From contig NC_092680.1 of the NCBI RefSeq assembly GCF_964355755.1, forward strand, positions 20,097,045-20,161,044: 64,000 bases of DNA. The letters are read 5' to 3'. Positions 13,925 to 28,503 of this stretch are shown here, piece by piece; position 1 is the first letter of the stretch; every line of letters begins with the position of its first letter. The position numbers and the translations under genes are program-made. This DNA comes from Antedon mediterranea. Taxonomy: Eukaryota; Animalia; Echinodermata. The notes below the pieces were generated by a model. It was not told the origin of the DNA and did not search any database. It saw nothing but the letters and a program-made list of their open reading frames with translations.

Positions 13925-16900
13925 TTACACACCCTCAAGATCAACCACCTCATAATCGAGGTTCCTTCTGAACCTGTTGACATCACCAGTATTATGATTA
14001 TTATTAATCATATCCTGCCCGTTTTTAACTTCTGCTGTAGTGTTAGGCGTGATGACGTCAGTGGCTGATGAAACAGTATCGTTCTTTCTGATATTTGATG
14101 GTATTTTATTATTAGAATGCTTCATTTTACTTTTAGCCTTTTTCGACATGTCTGGTCTTGCATATAAGTCTTCTAAATGTTTAACTTCATTATCACACAT
14201 ATTTGGAGAATCATCATGATTCGAGGTACCAGTACAAGTTTCTATACACTGAGATGCATTGTCATCTGTTTTTGTTTTTGAGACACGGCTTACTGGTTTA
14301 CCCAATTCATCAGACCTAACATGGGCATTACTTGGTTGATCAACCGCGCCTGCTTTAATTGTTACAGTAGTGTATACTGGATTGTCTACTTCTCCCTCGC
14401 ATTCAGTTCCATGTGGTATCTCAGTATAAAGTAATCCCATATCGTCTTCTTGATTATAAATTGCATAATTAGGCTTGTCTTCAGACTCTGTATCTAGTAC
14501 ACGTAATGTAGACGATTGGTTATTTTTTTTTTCAATTTTAGTTTCGTATTTATGTTCCTTCTTTCTGTCAGAAGATTCGTTAAAGGATGATTCTATCGGT
14601 GATGTGCTGGTCATCACGACTTCGTCAATTTTGTGTTCTGGGTGTTTCTGTGTTCTTTTAGTGCAACACAATCGGTTATAACAACTAAAAAACATAAAGA
14701 TAAAGAAAAACTAAATATGAAATGTATATGGTTCATCTGTGATTTGACATTCAATTTTAATATACTGTAATATTCGATTATAGAGTCCATAGTATATTAT
14801 ACAATCATTATAAAAAAACACAACATTTACATACTATGTATAGTTTACGAAAAAATTGGCATTTAGATTTTGATACGATAGTTGTTAAATTAATCTTGTG
14901 TTTGTTTAAATTGAATTGAAAAATATAAATAGAGTGGGCCTTTTTATTCACTTGTAACTAGTTTGGGTAATACATTACAATTATGTATCGCACTACATAC
15001 GATAAATAAAAAAAACAGTTAGAGTCAGACCTCATTGAACGTGTCATAATCATTAGCTCATCATGCTTCGATTTGTACAAGCTTTAAGGAAACATTTAGT
15101 TATGATGACGTAATACTGTATAATATAATCGCCTACGTACCTATATATGATTATGAAGACACCAATAACAAAGAGAGTTGAAACTACTGATACCACAATC
15201 CAAATTAATTCTTTAAAAAAACATTCATGTCTAAATTTATTATTATGTTGTGACTGAAACTCATTCACTACGATTCTTTGTCAGCAGCTTAGTAGGATGT
15301 GTATGTCACACAGAAAGTCTACTGTTGAGAATTAGGTAGGCATTTAGTTAGTATGCTTGTTTTGTATGTTTGTTTAGTATAGTCAGTCAACATAGTCATG
15401 TTTTCGATTTTAATAAGTCGGCATAATGTTGTCCACATTATTGTTTAGTGTATAACTGTATCCATACAATGCATGCATTTATTACTCGTTCAATACGCAT
15501 TTCTCTACGTTTCTGGTAGTGTTAATTTTATCGTTTATAATATAACAAAAACAATAATAATATTAATGATAATGATAATAATCATCTACAACTTACTAAA
15601 TTCTGATTCCTGCTCAGGATTTATAGTAATTGTATCACTAAGTGCAGTACGTATGCCTATCGATGTCAGTTGGTTCATATGGTTAGTCGTAGCACCAGTG
15701 TGCACAGTTGTGTCCGCAGTCAAAGATACTACAAAGTATAATAAAAAGATAGTATTTTAGTAAAGTTAATATTTGTATATTGTTTTAATTTTTAAATAGG
15801 CCAATAAGAATCTCACATAACATAACATTTTCAGTATTAATTAATTTAAAGAATTCTAGCTGGAATAATAATAATATGATTTTTCTTGATTTGGATACGA
15901 ATGTCTAGTTATGTAAACCACAAAAGTCGGAATTTATGGTCTATTTATACTTTTTGCTAGTATTCTACTGACATATTATTGATTTTTCACAAACATATCC
16001 ATACCCATTACTGCCTCTCCAGCTTCCAAACTTGTCCGAACATTACCAGTCTCTCCACCAACCATTGTCAGAGGTTGTCATATAACCAAATGAACATTCT
16101 TCTACATTCGGTTCACCAGATGCCCAGTATAAATACTCAACAGTCTCTCCAGATAATACTAATGATAATGATAATAATCATCTACAACTTACTAAATTCT
16201 GATTCCTGCTCAGGATGTATAGTAATGGTATCACTAAGTGCAGTACGTATGCCTATCGATGTCAGTTGGTTCAATTGGTTAGTCGTAGCACCAGTGTGCA
16301 CAGTTGTGTCCGCAGTCAAAGATACTACAAAGTATAATAAAAAGATAGTATTTTAGTAAAGTTAATATTTGTATATTGTTTTAATTTTTAAATAGGCCAA
16401 TAAGAATCTCACATAACATAACATTTTCAGTATTAATTAATTTAAAGAATTCTTGCTGGAATAATAATAATATGATTTTTCTTGATTTGGATACGAATGT
16501 CTAGTTATGTAAACCACAAAAGTCGGAATTTATGGTCTATTTATACTTTTTGCTAGTATTCTACTCACATATTATTGATTTTTCACAAACATATCCATAC
16601 CCATTACTGCCTCTCCAGCTTCCAAACTTGTCCGAACATTTCCAGTCTCTCCACCAACCATTGTCAGAGGTTGTCATATAACCAAATGAACATTCTTCTA
16701 CATTCGGTTCACCAGATGCCCAGTATAAATACTCAACAGTTTCTCCAGATTCCCAGTTCCAGCTGGATGCCATCGTTCTATCTGATCCACTCTCACGTGA
16801 TAACCCAATGGCATACGCTCCATTCGGGCAGTTATCCCGAAGGATAACAAATAATGCACTGTTTTCTTCTCCGCTGTTTATACTCACAAGTTGGTAGCCG

Positions 16901-17337
16901 CCATCACACTTTTCTTTAATGTCAATCCATGTTTTTAAATTTGCATACGTAGTTTCTGGTACAAAGGTAGCTTTGTAATTTGATGAGCCATAATTAAAAG
17001 ATGCACAATCTACTGTGTAAAATAAAGAAAACCATTAGGTGAAACACAAACAAAGCAACCTTTTAGTAAATTTTTACTCAAACATTTACCGACAATAAAC
17101 TATTATGGTTCCAATTCTAAATAAAGTAGAACACATTTCAACGTAGACAAGCTAACAATGTAGGTATAAGACCTAGAAAAAAAGTTAGCGTATAGGGCCT
17201 ACGTAATCAATTGTTTTGCATTTCTATTAATATAATGGGGTACTGTATTACCAAAATTGATACTAACTTTTGGCCTTACCTTCACAATTAACAATAATGG
17301 CATTTATACAAAATATTAACCAGATCAGAATAAACAT
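13925..17337 (-). CDS. Unit B: type I C-type lectin receptor with long ITIM-bearing tail
   Basis: Exons 17337-17280 (MFILIWLIFCINAIIVNCE), 17012-16569 (CTLD, EPN/WRD), 16324-16193 and 15728-15597 (duplicated stalk), 15210-15141 (TM), 14684-13925 (tail with LLYTEI, NPVY, LYARPDMSKK, LDYEVV). Confidence 0.85.
15560..16750. repeat. Intragenic tandem duplication, period ~596 bp
   Basis: ~15560-16154 is near-identical to 16155-16750; it contains a stalk exon and the 3' part of the CTLD exon. Confidence 0.92.
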
Positions 17338-18042
17338 ATTGTGCAGACCTGAAACACATGAGATACGGATACGAATGCGTGCCTACCTACTGCACACGTA
17401 CGGAAATAGATTTAAACATAGCTTTTATTTGCTGTTAGAGGGCGCCTCTAAAATACTCTTCTGTTACTATTATTAACAAATGACGTTTCCTAAGTTAACA
17501 TAAACAAATTACAATTGTGAATTCTAGTAATACAATATCATAGAGTTTATTGCTCATTTGGTATTCTACAAAACAAAATCATACAATAGAAAGATATGTT
17601 TCGAATAGAGGGCGGTAGTTAACATTAGATTGTAACATTGATTGAACTATTCATACACCGACTTTCAATCACTATTATATTATGCGTGTATTATATTATT
17701 GTATTGTAATTGATTACAATAGAAGACAATTGAAACTTCTTTACTACTACTGTAATACTAATAAACTCACGAAGAATGAAATTAATTGGTAAAGACTCAA
17801 GGTGGAGATTAAAGGTGGAAAGATGTAATGGTACCGTACAAAGAAATGTATACAGTACAGTATATTAATTATACATATTTACATACTAGTGCTTTTGTGT
17901 TAAATACATTGTTTAAATGTGTAATATTCCACTAATGATTTATATAAGCTACAGTGTCTAATCGAGAAAGAGTAATTTAACTTTTCTCGGCTTTAATACA
18001 TTTATGTGATAGTTGTTTTGAAGTAACTAAGCATTTCTATAA

Positions 18043-20783
18043 TTATTCTGTAATATCAGCATAAACAGGTGGGCTCACGTCTTGGGTAAATCCATAAGCG
18101 GAATTCTCTTCAATTACGTGACATACATTGGCAGCTTCCAGAGTTTTTGCTGATGCAGTTTCCAAATCACTTTTAGATTTACAAAACAGCTGACCTCGAA
18201 ATCTGAAGATAAATTAGTTATGTAAAAAATAGTTATGTAAAATAATATAGTAGTAATAAGATACGAATAATTAGTAGTGAGGATGTGTTAGGAGGGGATC
18301 CTTTTTCATATATCTCCACCCGCCAACCTCTATAATCTTTAATTATTTGTATTCTACTATAATATAATCAAATTTAGATTACCTTTACACTCAATATATA
18401 AGCTTAAGAAGATGCTTAGTTTTGTGGAAAAACAAAGTTAACGTTGATATTGTTTTTATTATTATTTATTTAATTTGCATCCAACCGTGTATCACCAATA
18501 GGAAAAACTTATTTTCAAAAGTTAAGAATTTACTCAATTTTGTATTTGAAGTTTAAACAAATAATAATGTACAGTAGCACATTAACGATATATTTTCTAC
18601 AATTAACCATTTTTACAAACGTAAACACGAGGGAAAAAATATGCAAAAGTTAAGTTTCACTGGAAGTTTCTCGTATAAATAAAATAATTTTTACATGAGA
18701 TTGAAATCTCTTTATAATACTTGTATCTGATTTACCTACCTATATAGTAATATCACTATAACAGTAACAAAAATCACATTTAAGATCACAGTTGAAATTA
18801 CGACGATAGTCAAGTCTAAACAAAACATATTATTTACAGTTTTGTTAGCAGAAAACCAACACAAACAAATCACATTTTGGTTAATTTTTCCATTGGTTTA
18901 TTTTTAGTTGGTTGATTTTTTTAATGTGAGTGGTTAACTATGTGTTTAGTCAATATGTAGGTCGAAGTTGTAAGAAACGTATCGTTGGTTGCTGTTTAGT
19001 TGTTTTGTTACATCGAATGTCTAGATGTTGGTTTATTCTTTAATTGGTTCTTTAATGGCATCCAGCTGGAACTGGGAATCTGGAGAAACTGTTGAGTATT
19101 TATACTGGTCTAACAATAACCCTAATGTAGATAACGGAATGCGTGCATGTGGCTATATGACAACCTTTGTTCTTAGTCGTGCAATTAAGAAAAATGTAAT
19201 GTATTAATCCTACAAAGAGTCATTAACTAGATATTATTGCACAGCTTATCATTCACCACCCTTGTTAGATCTCTAATACTTTTAGTTATAGTCTGCACAT
19301 CCCTCTCATTATTTTCAACAACTTACCAAATTCCTGTTCATTTTGTCCACAAGACTCAGTATGCTTCATGGGACTATTTGTGGCATGTGTTATAAGACCA
19401 CTTGTAATGTCAATTCTATCAGGACGTGTAGGTGATAACGATGTGAGTTGGTTAGTCGTAACACTAGAATACACTGTTGTTTCCGCAGTCAGAGTTGCTG
19501 TACAGTATAAATACAAAATTTGATTAAAACTATAAACGTTACTGTAAAAATAGAACGTATATTCTCATATTCCGCTTTACTCTATATCTTGTTTCTTGAT
19601 ACCAGGATTGAAAAAATGACTATTAGGCCTAATTTAAGAAGATATAACCAAGCACCATTCCCCGGAGGATCATCTCTGCATGTTACCAATTGAAAGTCAA
19701 CAAGATTGTTTATTTGTGAATTAAAATATATATACAATGGGAAATTTGCTTTTTCTTTTGATTATCTTTTAAGATTACATTTTTAAAATGTGCTTAAATA
19801 CAAAGGGTTTATTTACGTGTTCTACTTCAGTAATTTTTTACTGTACACTCGTCTACCCCGCTGGTGCTTTGCCACAATTCGATGTCTGTCCGTTCAAAAT
19901 TAGTAATCTTACCAAATAACATCAGTTTGTACATTATATTTACCATATGCCAAGAATAGATATTCAAAATTCTCCTCTTTCAAAAATTTATAAAGAATAT
20001 CTTAGGTAAAACTAAGTGTCTGAATGTAAGGTCATTTGAGCGTTGTTCCAGTACTCACTTATATTCTCGCACACATAGCCATATTTATATGCACCGCCTA
20101 TCCAGATTCCAAACTTGTCAGAACATCTGAAGTCGCTCCACATTCCATTTTCAAAGGTTGTCATATAGCCACATGCACGCACTCCGTTATCTACATTAGG
20201 GTTATTGTTAGCCCAGTATAAATACTCAACAGTTTCTCCAGATTCCCAGTTCCAGCTGGATGCCATTGATCTATCTGATTCCATCTCACGTGATAACCCA
20301 ATGGCATATGCTCCATCCTGGCAGTTTTCCTGCAGGATATTCAATATAGCATTGTTTTCTGCTGTAGTGTTTATACTCACAAGTTCAAAGCCGTCATTAC
20401 ACACTTCTTTAATTTCATCCCAAGTTTTTAAACTTGCAGACGTAGTTTTCGGTACAAAAGTAGCTTTGTAATATGATGAGCCATGATTAAAAAATGCACA
20501 AACTATAAAATCTAGAAAAAAATACAGTAAGATGAAAGAAAGTAAACCTACATAAGAATAACTTAATACAATTTAGGTAAGCGTACACGGAGAAACACTG
20601 ATTCGAATTATTGTAGACTTAGCAGAGTTTAACTACAGTAAAAATACATTTGTAATCATTATAATGCGATAATATCAAAAAGTAGTAATCAAAAAAGTAT
20701 ACTGTACCTTCACACTTAATAGTAGTAATATAGACACTCAGCATTAACAAGATTTTAATAAACATTATCGCTTCGATGTACAT
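18043..20783 (-). CDS. Unit C: type I C-type lectin receptor with short two-tyrosine tail
   Basis: Exons 20783-20708 (SP), 20502-20059 (CTLD, NPN/WSD; alternative acceptor 20511), 19497-19327 (stalk), 18815-18740 (TM with ILNVIF), 18202-18043 (tail ...ENSAYGFTQDVSPPVYADITE*). Confidence 0.87.
19054..19169 (+). repeat. Inverted 116-bp copy of the unit C CTLD exon inside its own intron
   Basis: Reverse complement of 20152-20267; two mismatches seen by eye. Confidence 0.92.
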
Positions 20784-22769
20784 TTCACTACACAAGGAAA
20801 TAAAACTAAACAGTATGTTTTTACTTGGTATGGGAGGGCGCTGTTTCTTATTAAAACATGCTATTCAATGTTAAATAATAATTCAGCCTTTAAATTAAAT
20901 AAAAAAAACAAGTACGAGTATCCGCACTGTAAAATACGTTATTATTTTCATTATAGGCCTACAACATGGAAATATATTTAAATATGTTTCTATTAAGAGC
21001 GATTGTTAATAATGGAAAGTATTTTGATTAGAACCACTATTAAGTGATAATACCTCTTCGGGATCCAACAAAGTATCTCCCTTGAATAGGTGTTAATTGA
21101 CCGAAACATATGGTTTATATCATTGTGGATATAGTTTAAGTCTGACAATTTCATTTTATCCGGTTTCAAGATATACACACGCTGAGTAATCTCTTTTAAA
21201 CCAAATAGAAAGTTAGGCTAAACAAGTACGGCAATACAAAACACATACAAAGCAGTTCTAAACATTTTGCATAAAAATAACGTCAAGCCTCGGGGAAATG
21301 ATTGTCAGTGTTGCATACACAGTACCTGTACAAACACAGCAATGCCAAAAGAACTTTTATTCAAGCAGTTAAATCAACCACAATTGAACCATCAGTTGCC
21401 TAACTTTAAGCACAAACACTCAAGATACTCAACAGTGTGATGCCTTTCCACATTAACTGCCGTTGCCGTATACCTGTTCGAGCTATTACACTTTTTCTAA
21501 AAATAGTATATCTTCATTTACATCCAATTTCTTATAGGCCTACATATCTTACGTTTTTAGTCGTGCAACGCGAATCTACACCTCACTGTGTCGGTCGGTC
21601 GGTCGGTCGTTCGGTAAACACTAACTTGAGCACGCGACTGCAGCCATTTATATGGCCTTGTTCTTGGTTAGTTTTCCTTTATTCACCAACATTATATAGG
21701 TACTGAATACCGGTTATGGTTCAATGTTTTGTTTATGTTTGCTCTGTGTTGGGAATCCCCTTTTCCCCTATTTTCCAATTTTGACTCAGTTCTAGATTAA
21801 CAACAAAGTTAAAGTAAGTTTTTCTTATAATAGATACTTTATTTTGAAATATTAAACAACACAGTTCTGTATGAATAAAAATTAAAATATTCATATGGTT
21901 TTTAGGTTCAAATAAATTGACAAGTCTTGGTTTTTCAAAAACAACATTTAATGGTAATTGTTGATCGGTCGTAAATAAGATAAATATAAATTTATATAAA
22001 AATGTATTATAACCGAATATAATTAAGTAACTTCCTCCGTGACACACATGCCAACAATGTTAATGAATATCTACTATTTTATATACCCTAATAAATACTT
22101 TATTAACATTTCAACGAATACTTAAATGTAATAACCATTATGAGAGAAATAAGTCAATTTAATTGTCTATACATTTTTACATATATGCATATATTTTCTT
22201 ATAAAATTTAACATTTTTAATTTAAAATGTTACGGTTTCAGCCTTTTGCTATTTATATTATTGATGGTCCGTTTTTGGACAATAAATATACCTGAATCAT
22301 TTATTAGTGTAGTCGTACATACATGACAGGCAACAAGCGACTGAGGTCTATATATTTATTTTTCATTACGAAATGTTACATTTATTTCATACATGGATTA
22401 CAAGCCTTACCAGTAATTGAGAGTTATTTTTTTTTTTCAGTTTTTGAACAAAGTTATATAGATTTATAAAATCTAAAATGATGCATACTTTCATCTCAAA
22501 TAAACGGCAGTGTTACACACGAATCCCATTGATGAGCTTGATGAACTAAAAGAAATCAAAATTATATCTGAATGACATCATAAACATGCAGCATTACATC
22601 TTGAGAACTCTCATAAGCGGCATTCTCTTCAATCACCTTACATTCACGAGTAGTTTGTTCTTGTATTTCTCTCTCTGATTTACACACACATCGACCACGA
22701 TATCTTACGATTAAAACAAATATTAGAATAATACATTGTATAAATAACGAAAATTATAAGACAAAGGAA

Positions 22770-22940
22770 AATTATTGAAAATGACAATCAGTGTTTCAAT
22801 AATGAAAATGCTGTGGGTATCAGTGACTGGATCTCAATGGAGATACAAAATAAAATAAGCAAAAAGCTAAATCAAAACGATAAAGTAAAAGAGCCAGAAG
22901 AATTTGCAGAGCTTTCGGGCATCACTAGCCCTTCATAAGC
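22770..22940 (-). mobile_element. Penelope-like terminal repeat fragment (degenerate hammerhead core)
   Basis: Same family as 53520-53690 and 60938-61200; ends GCAGAGCTTTCGGGC...GCCCTTCAT on the plus strand. Confidence 0.6.
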
Positions 22941-24538
22941 AATTACATATATGTATGATATATATTTATTTGCATTTGCAATTAAAACTAGTCACCATAG
23001 GCTGCCTACCTGTATAATAACATTACTAATACAGCACTCACAAGGCCCACATTCAAGGTCACAGATAAAATCACTATCATAGTCAAATCTATTTTTTTAA
23101 CGAAAAGAAATGAATTATAAAAAAAAAAAATGTTTTAACACATTTTTTTATCGCATACAGTCAAACCGAAGTACCAAACCGACTGCCATCTGCCACCATG
23201 CCAGCAGAATCGTGTCGGTTTTTAATTATTTGATAGTTTTTGTTGAACTTTTAGTTTCTGGTTATTTCTTTTTGTGTTGTGATCAGAAGCTTCAGTTAAT
23301 CAATACAATAATTACTTAACATATGTAAATATTTTAACCAAACTTACTTGGTTCGTTATTCGACTGAGTAGAGTTGACGTTTTTATCAGCTGAAAATGAC
23401 GATAATGAACAATATTATTATTGTACGGTAGTTAAACGTAGGCCTATGGTAACTTTATTGAAATACATATATTTGATTTGCAATATATCCGACTTATAGT
23501 AACCTACTTGAACATTTTGGTTCTTCACCAGACCACGAACCGTTTACCATACATATTCGCCAGTTATTTCCACTGCTAATAAAATAACCGCTTGAGCATC
23601 TATACGTTTCACCGTATGTTGTTTTATCGAGTTCAACGGTAATTCCATCATGAGATGCCGGATGCATACAATCAACGACTAAAAAATAAAAAAAAGTAGA
23701 TGCTATCAATCAGATATTTCTTCAGAACAACATAGCCACGATGAAATATAAAATTGAGATTTTTTTAAACTTTTACTAGAAAAGGGAGCAAGAGATTGAT
23801 ACGGTCAGCGTTTAATGTGAAACAAGTTTAATTCATATTAATTGCACAGGTGGAAGGTCGAATTTAGACTTTTGTAAATATTAAAAATAACTCTGTTGTA
23901 AGGTATAAAGTATTTGAAGTTTTACACCAAACAATATTGCAGTATGATAAACATCACAGAACAAGGGAACAAAACATGTACAAAGGATAGTAGCTAATAA
24001 GATGGCAAACATTAAGTTCTACCGATCAATATTATTGGGTTTCCATGTCAATATATGTATATCAACATTATTTAGTAAAAGGCATAATTGTTTCACTATG
24101 GCTAAATATACAGAAAAAACCAATAAAGGAACTGTTCAATTCACTTTCTTGATGTAAAATAATTTCGCAGTCGAACATATCAAACGACTAGAGAGATAAA
24201 TTACGTACGTAGGGGCCTATACAAAATAGTTCAATTTTACTTAATTACCTTGGCAGTTTGGAGCATTATCTGACCATGTTCCATTACTAAGACATGTGAC
24301 ATTTTGTGAACCCATGATGTCATATCCGGTGTTGCAGTTGTATTGTACAATACTTCCATATGTTTCACTTTCCCCACTCCTTTCTCCGTTAGTTGGCGAT
24401 CCAGGATTACCGCAGTTAACAACTAAAAGACATCAAACCAAAGTATAGAAAAACTGTAATTTTATAAGCTACCGTTATTGACTGTTTTAATTATTAAAAT
24501 AAAAAAGAAAAAAAGAAATGTTCTGATTGATGATTCCT

Positions 24539-27500
24539 CATTAGGCGCAGGAGCCCCGGATAGCGTTACGAAGTCGTTAACTCTGTCAGCCCATGGTCAG
24601 CCCAACTAATGTGTTTTTCCCAAGGACAATGTATCAATAACTAAACTTTGTCACCACCCATAAGTGTGCTGTTCATTTCCTATTGACCAATGAACACCAA
24701 TGTAACTGGACCTGAGTTTCTTGCTATTCGACCTTGGGTGCAAATTATACAATTAATTGATGTTAAGGCCACTGACTACTCTTTTCTGTATAGAAACACT
24801 GAATTGACTGAATAATAAGAAAACCCTACAATAATTTCTACTACTACTGTACTTGATATGGTGTTATACAAGAACTATATTAAAAGGATTGAATGTATGG
24901 AGAATGAAAAGTTAAACGTTATAACTTATGTAAAACATCACTTAGATGATATCCATCAGATATATCATTTTCTAAAATTGTTTCATTAGTTAGAATAGAT
25001 CACGGAAAACCAATACCAATACTGATCTGGACTCGGAAATTCAAAATGTAGCAGGCAACGTTTCACCAATGAAAACTTTCAAGACAAACAAAGTATCATA
25101 ATTATCATGATATCCATTTTTATTTAATAACGATAAATGGATATTTCGTCTTTTTTGTTATTTTGTGATGGAAAATATATTGAGTGAACATTGGCACTGA
25201 GCTTAAATGTTCCCCGTCCCCTTAATGTCCGCTTTATAGGAGTGTCCCCTCAGTAAAGATTTGCTGTTTTTCCCCTTAATAATAAATTATGATGTCCATC
25301 TTATCCTCTCAATTTTAATGTGCTACACCCGATAATAGAATACACATCTAGCTCGTGTGTACTTAAAGAACCTAGTACATCTTTCGAGACGAGTAGGGGT
25401 TTACCCCGGTGTATTAGTACATCACAGCCACTGATCACCAACTGGGCCCTCTGGGAGACCAGTCTTTGACTGAAGAGGTTACCCAGTATAAATATATATT
25501 TCAATTCAATTCAATAGAATAACTGTACAGTAGACTTCCATTTGATGCAATGTGTTACCCAATGTGCTCAATTTGATTGTGCTACCCAAATCCATGCTAT
25601 CCATTTGAAATAATTTGCTATCCATTTGAAAGAATGTGCTACCCGATAATCCGTATAGAATAATGTACAGTACAATTATATCCATTTGATTGTGCTACCT
25701 AATGTGCTATCCATTTGAAAGAATGTGCTATCCATTTGAAAGAATGTGCTACCCGATAATCCGTATAAAATAATGTACAGTACTATATCCATTTGATTGT
25801 GCTACCTAATGTGCTATCCATTTGAAAGAATGTGCTACCCGATAATCCTTATAGAATAATGTACAGTACTATATCCATTTGGCTGTGCTACCTAATGTGC
25901 TATCCATTTGAAAGAATGTGCTACCCGATAATCCGTAGGCTATAGAATAATGTACAGTACAATTATATCCATTTGATTGTGCTACCTAATGTGCTATCCA
26001 TTTGAAATAATGTGCTACCCGATAATCCTTATAGAATAATGTACAGTACTATATTCATTTGATTGTGCTACCCAATGTGCTATCCATTTGAAATAATGTG
26101 CTATCCATTTGAAATAATATGCTATTTGAAAGAATGTGCTACCCGCGATAATCCGTATAGAATAATGTACAGTACAATTACATCCATTTGATTGTGCTAC
26201 CTAATGTGCTATCCATTTGAAATAATGTGCTATCCATTTGAAAGAATGTGCTATCCATTTGAAAGAATGTGCTACCCGATAATCCGTATAGAATAATGTA
26301 CAGTACAGTACTATATCCATTTATTTGATTGTGCTACCCAATGTGCTATCCATTTGAAAGAATGTGCTATCCATTTGAAAGAATGTGCTACCCGATAATC
26401 CGTATGAAATAATGTACAGTACTATATCCATTTGATTGTGCTACCTAATGTGCTATCCATTTGAAAGAATGTGCTACCCGATAATCCTTATAGAATAATG
26501 TACAGTACTATATCCATTTGGCTGTGCTACCTAATGTGCTATCCGTTTGAAAGAATGTGCTACCCGATAATCCGTAGGCTATAGAATAATGTACAGTACA
26601 ATTATATCCATTTGATTGTGCTACCTAATGTGCTATCCATTTGAAATAATGTGCTACCCGATAATCCTTATAGAATAATGTACAGTACTATATCCATTTG
26701 ATTGTGCTACCCAATGTGCTATCCATTTGAAATAATGTGCTATCCATTTGAAATAATGTGCTATTTGAAAGAATGTGCTACCCGATAATCCGTATAGAAT
26801 AATGTACAGTACAATTACACATCCATTTGATTGTGCTACCTAATGTGCTAACTATTTGAAATAATGTGCTATCCATTTGAAATAATGTGCTATCCATTTG
26901 AAAGAATGTGCTATCCATTTGAAATAATTTTCTATCCATTTGAAAGAATGTGCTACCCGATAATCTGTATAGAATAATGTACAGTAGGCCTACTATATCC
27001 ATTTGACTGTGCTACCTAATGTGCTATCCATTTGAAATAATGTGCTACCCGATAATCCTTATAGAATAATGTACAGTACTATATCTATTTGATTGTGCTA
27101 CCCAATGTGCTATCCATTTGAAATAATGTGCTATCCATTTTGAAATAATGTGCTATCCATTTGAAAGAATGTGCTATCCATTTGAAATAGGCCTAATGTG
27201 CTATCCATTTGAAAGAATGTGCTACCCGATAATCATAGAATAATGTACAGTACTATATCCATTTGATTGTGCTACCTAATGTGCTATCCATTTGAAAGAA
27301 TGTGCTATCCATTTGAAAGAATGTGCTATCCATTTGAAAGAATGTGCTACCCGATAATCCGTATAGAATGCACAGTACAGTTATATCATAGTTATATCCA
27401 TTTGATTGAACTATCTATTGTGCTATCCGTTTGAACTAATGTGCTGTCTGTTTGAAATAATTCAGGTTTTTTTTTTTTTAATATGTTTTGCTATCCATTT

Positions 27501-28503
27501 TAAACGTGCTAAACAAGTTACATATTTGTTGATATAAATTTGCGGTACACCACGTAGGCCTATATTAGTTCTGAAAAGAACTGTTGAGTTGCTTGACGTT
27601 TCGATTTAGGCCTACTCCAAAGTCAAAGTCTCCAAAAGCTATTCCATCATGTCGTATTCGGGGAATCGCCCACAAGTGTTTTCTCAGAGAAGGGTATGTT
27701 CTGTATGGGGTTCTGTATGCTATTTGTTAATAATGTACAAAAAATAAAATGAAAAATCATATTAATTATCGGTATGTACGGAGGAAGCTCGAACAAGACG
27801 AAGCGCGAAACAAATAAAAGCGCAGCGCGAAACATCTGAAATGATATACAATTTCTCAAAACATGAAAACACAGAATATATTATATTAATATAACTTTTT
27901 AATATTTCCAAAGGCTCGGACAAGGAAGAAGGGCCTTAAAAAACTGAATTGCTATAATGTTAGACCACATTTCCATAACTTTTCAAAACTCATCGAACCC
28001 TCTGCTAGTAGGCCTAATTAATATAGGAGCGTATCGCCAAATCATTAGAGAAAAAAAAAACATGGCATGAAGATGTAATTAATCAAACAACGGCCAAAGA
28101 ATACCAACAATTTTAATTTAGGTTTCGATTCGTAATTACTAATGTGGTGGACTAAGCCTAGTTTGAAACTATAGTGACCATTTATTTTAGAAAGAAAGAT
28201 AGACAAATTTGTTTCCATCTCCATGTTATTGTTAATACCAAGGCACTTTTCAATTAAAAATTCTGGCCTAGTATTCTTGCAAGGTCGTCACAGCTCCAGT
28301 TACAAAGGTCGTCACAGCTCCAGTTACAAACGGTGATACAGAGTGTCAATCATTTGACCAGTGAACAGCCCACTGGTAGGATAGTCCTTGAAACCGTCCG
28401 TAAAACACATTAATCACTCACATCAGTCATGCCGCTAATGGTTGAAAACCTCACTTTTTGGGGTTTTCAAACGTAACGCTATCCGGGGCTCCTGCGCCTA
28501 ATG
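24539..28503. mobile_element. Non-autonomous TIR DNA transposon, copy 1 (3965 bp)
   Basis: Perfect 32-bp TIR CATTAGGCGCAGGAGCCCCGGATAGCGTTACG, no transposase ORF, internal satellite and SINE fragment; near-identical to 30205-34570. Confidence 0.92.
25510..27460. repeat. Higher-order tandem repeat inside transposon copy 1
   Basis: 21-bp subunit TGTGCTATCCATTTGAAA(G/T)AA in variable number within an ~85-150-bp unit containing CCCGATAATCCGTATAGAATAATGTACAGTAC. Confidence 0.95.

Noticed and set aside
19025-19207. Plus-strand mini-lectin gene, or template repeat of a diversity-generating retroelement
   Set aside because: Only a 116-bp inverted fragment with no splice or promoter context. No reverse transcriptase is present, it stops short of the hypervariable loop, and there are only two mismatches.
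24539-28503. RAG/Transib-type transposon or V(D)J-like signals near the variable lectins
   Set aside because: The TIR starts CATTAGG rather than a CAC heptamer, there is no 5-bp TSD, no recombinase ORF, and no RSS-like pairs were seen around exons.
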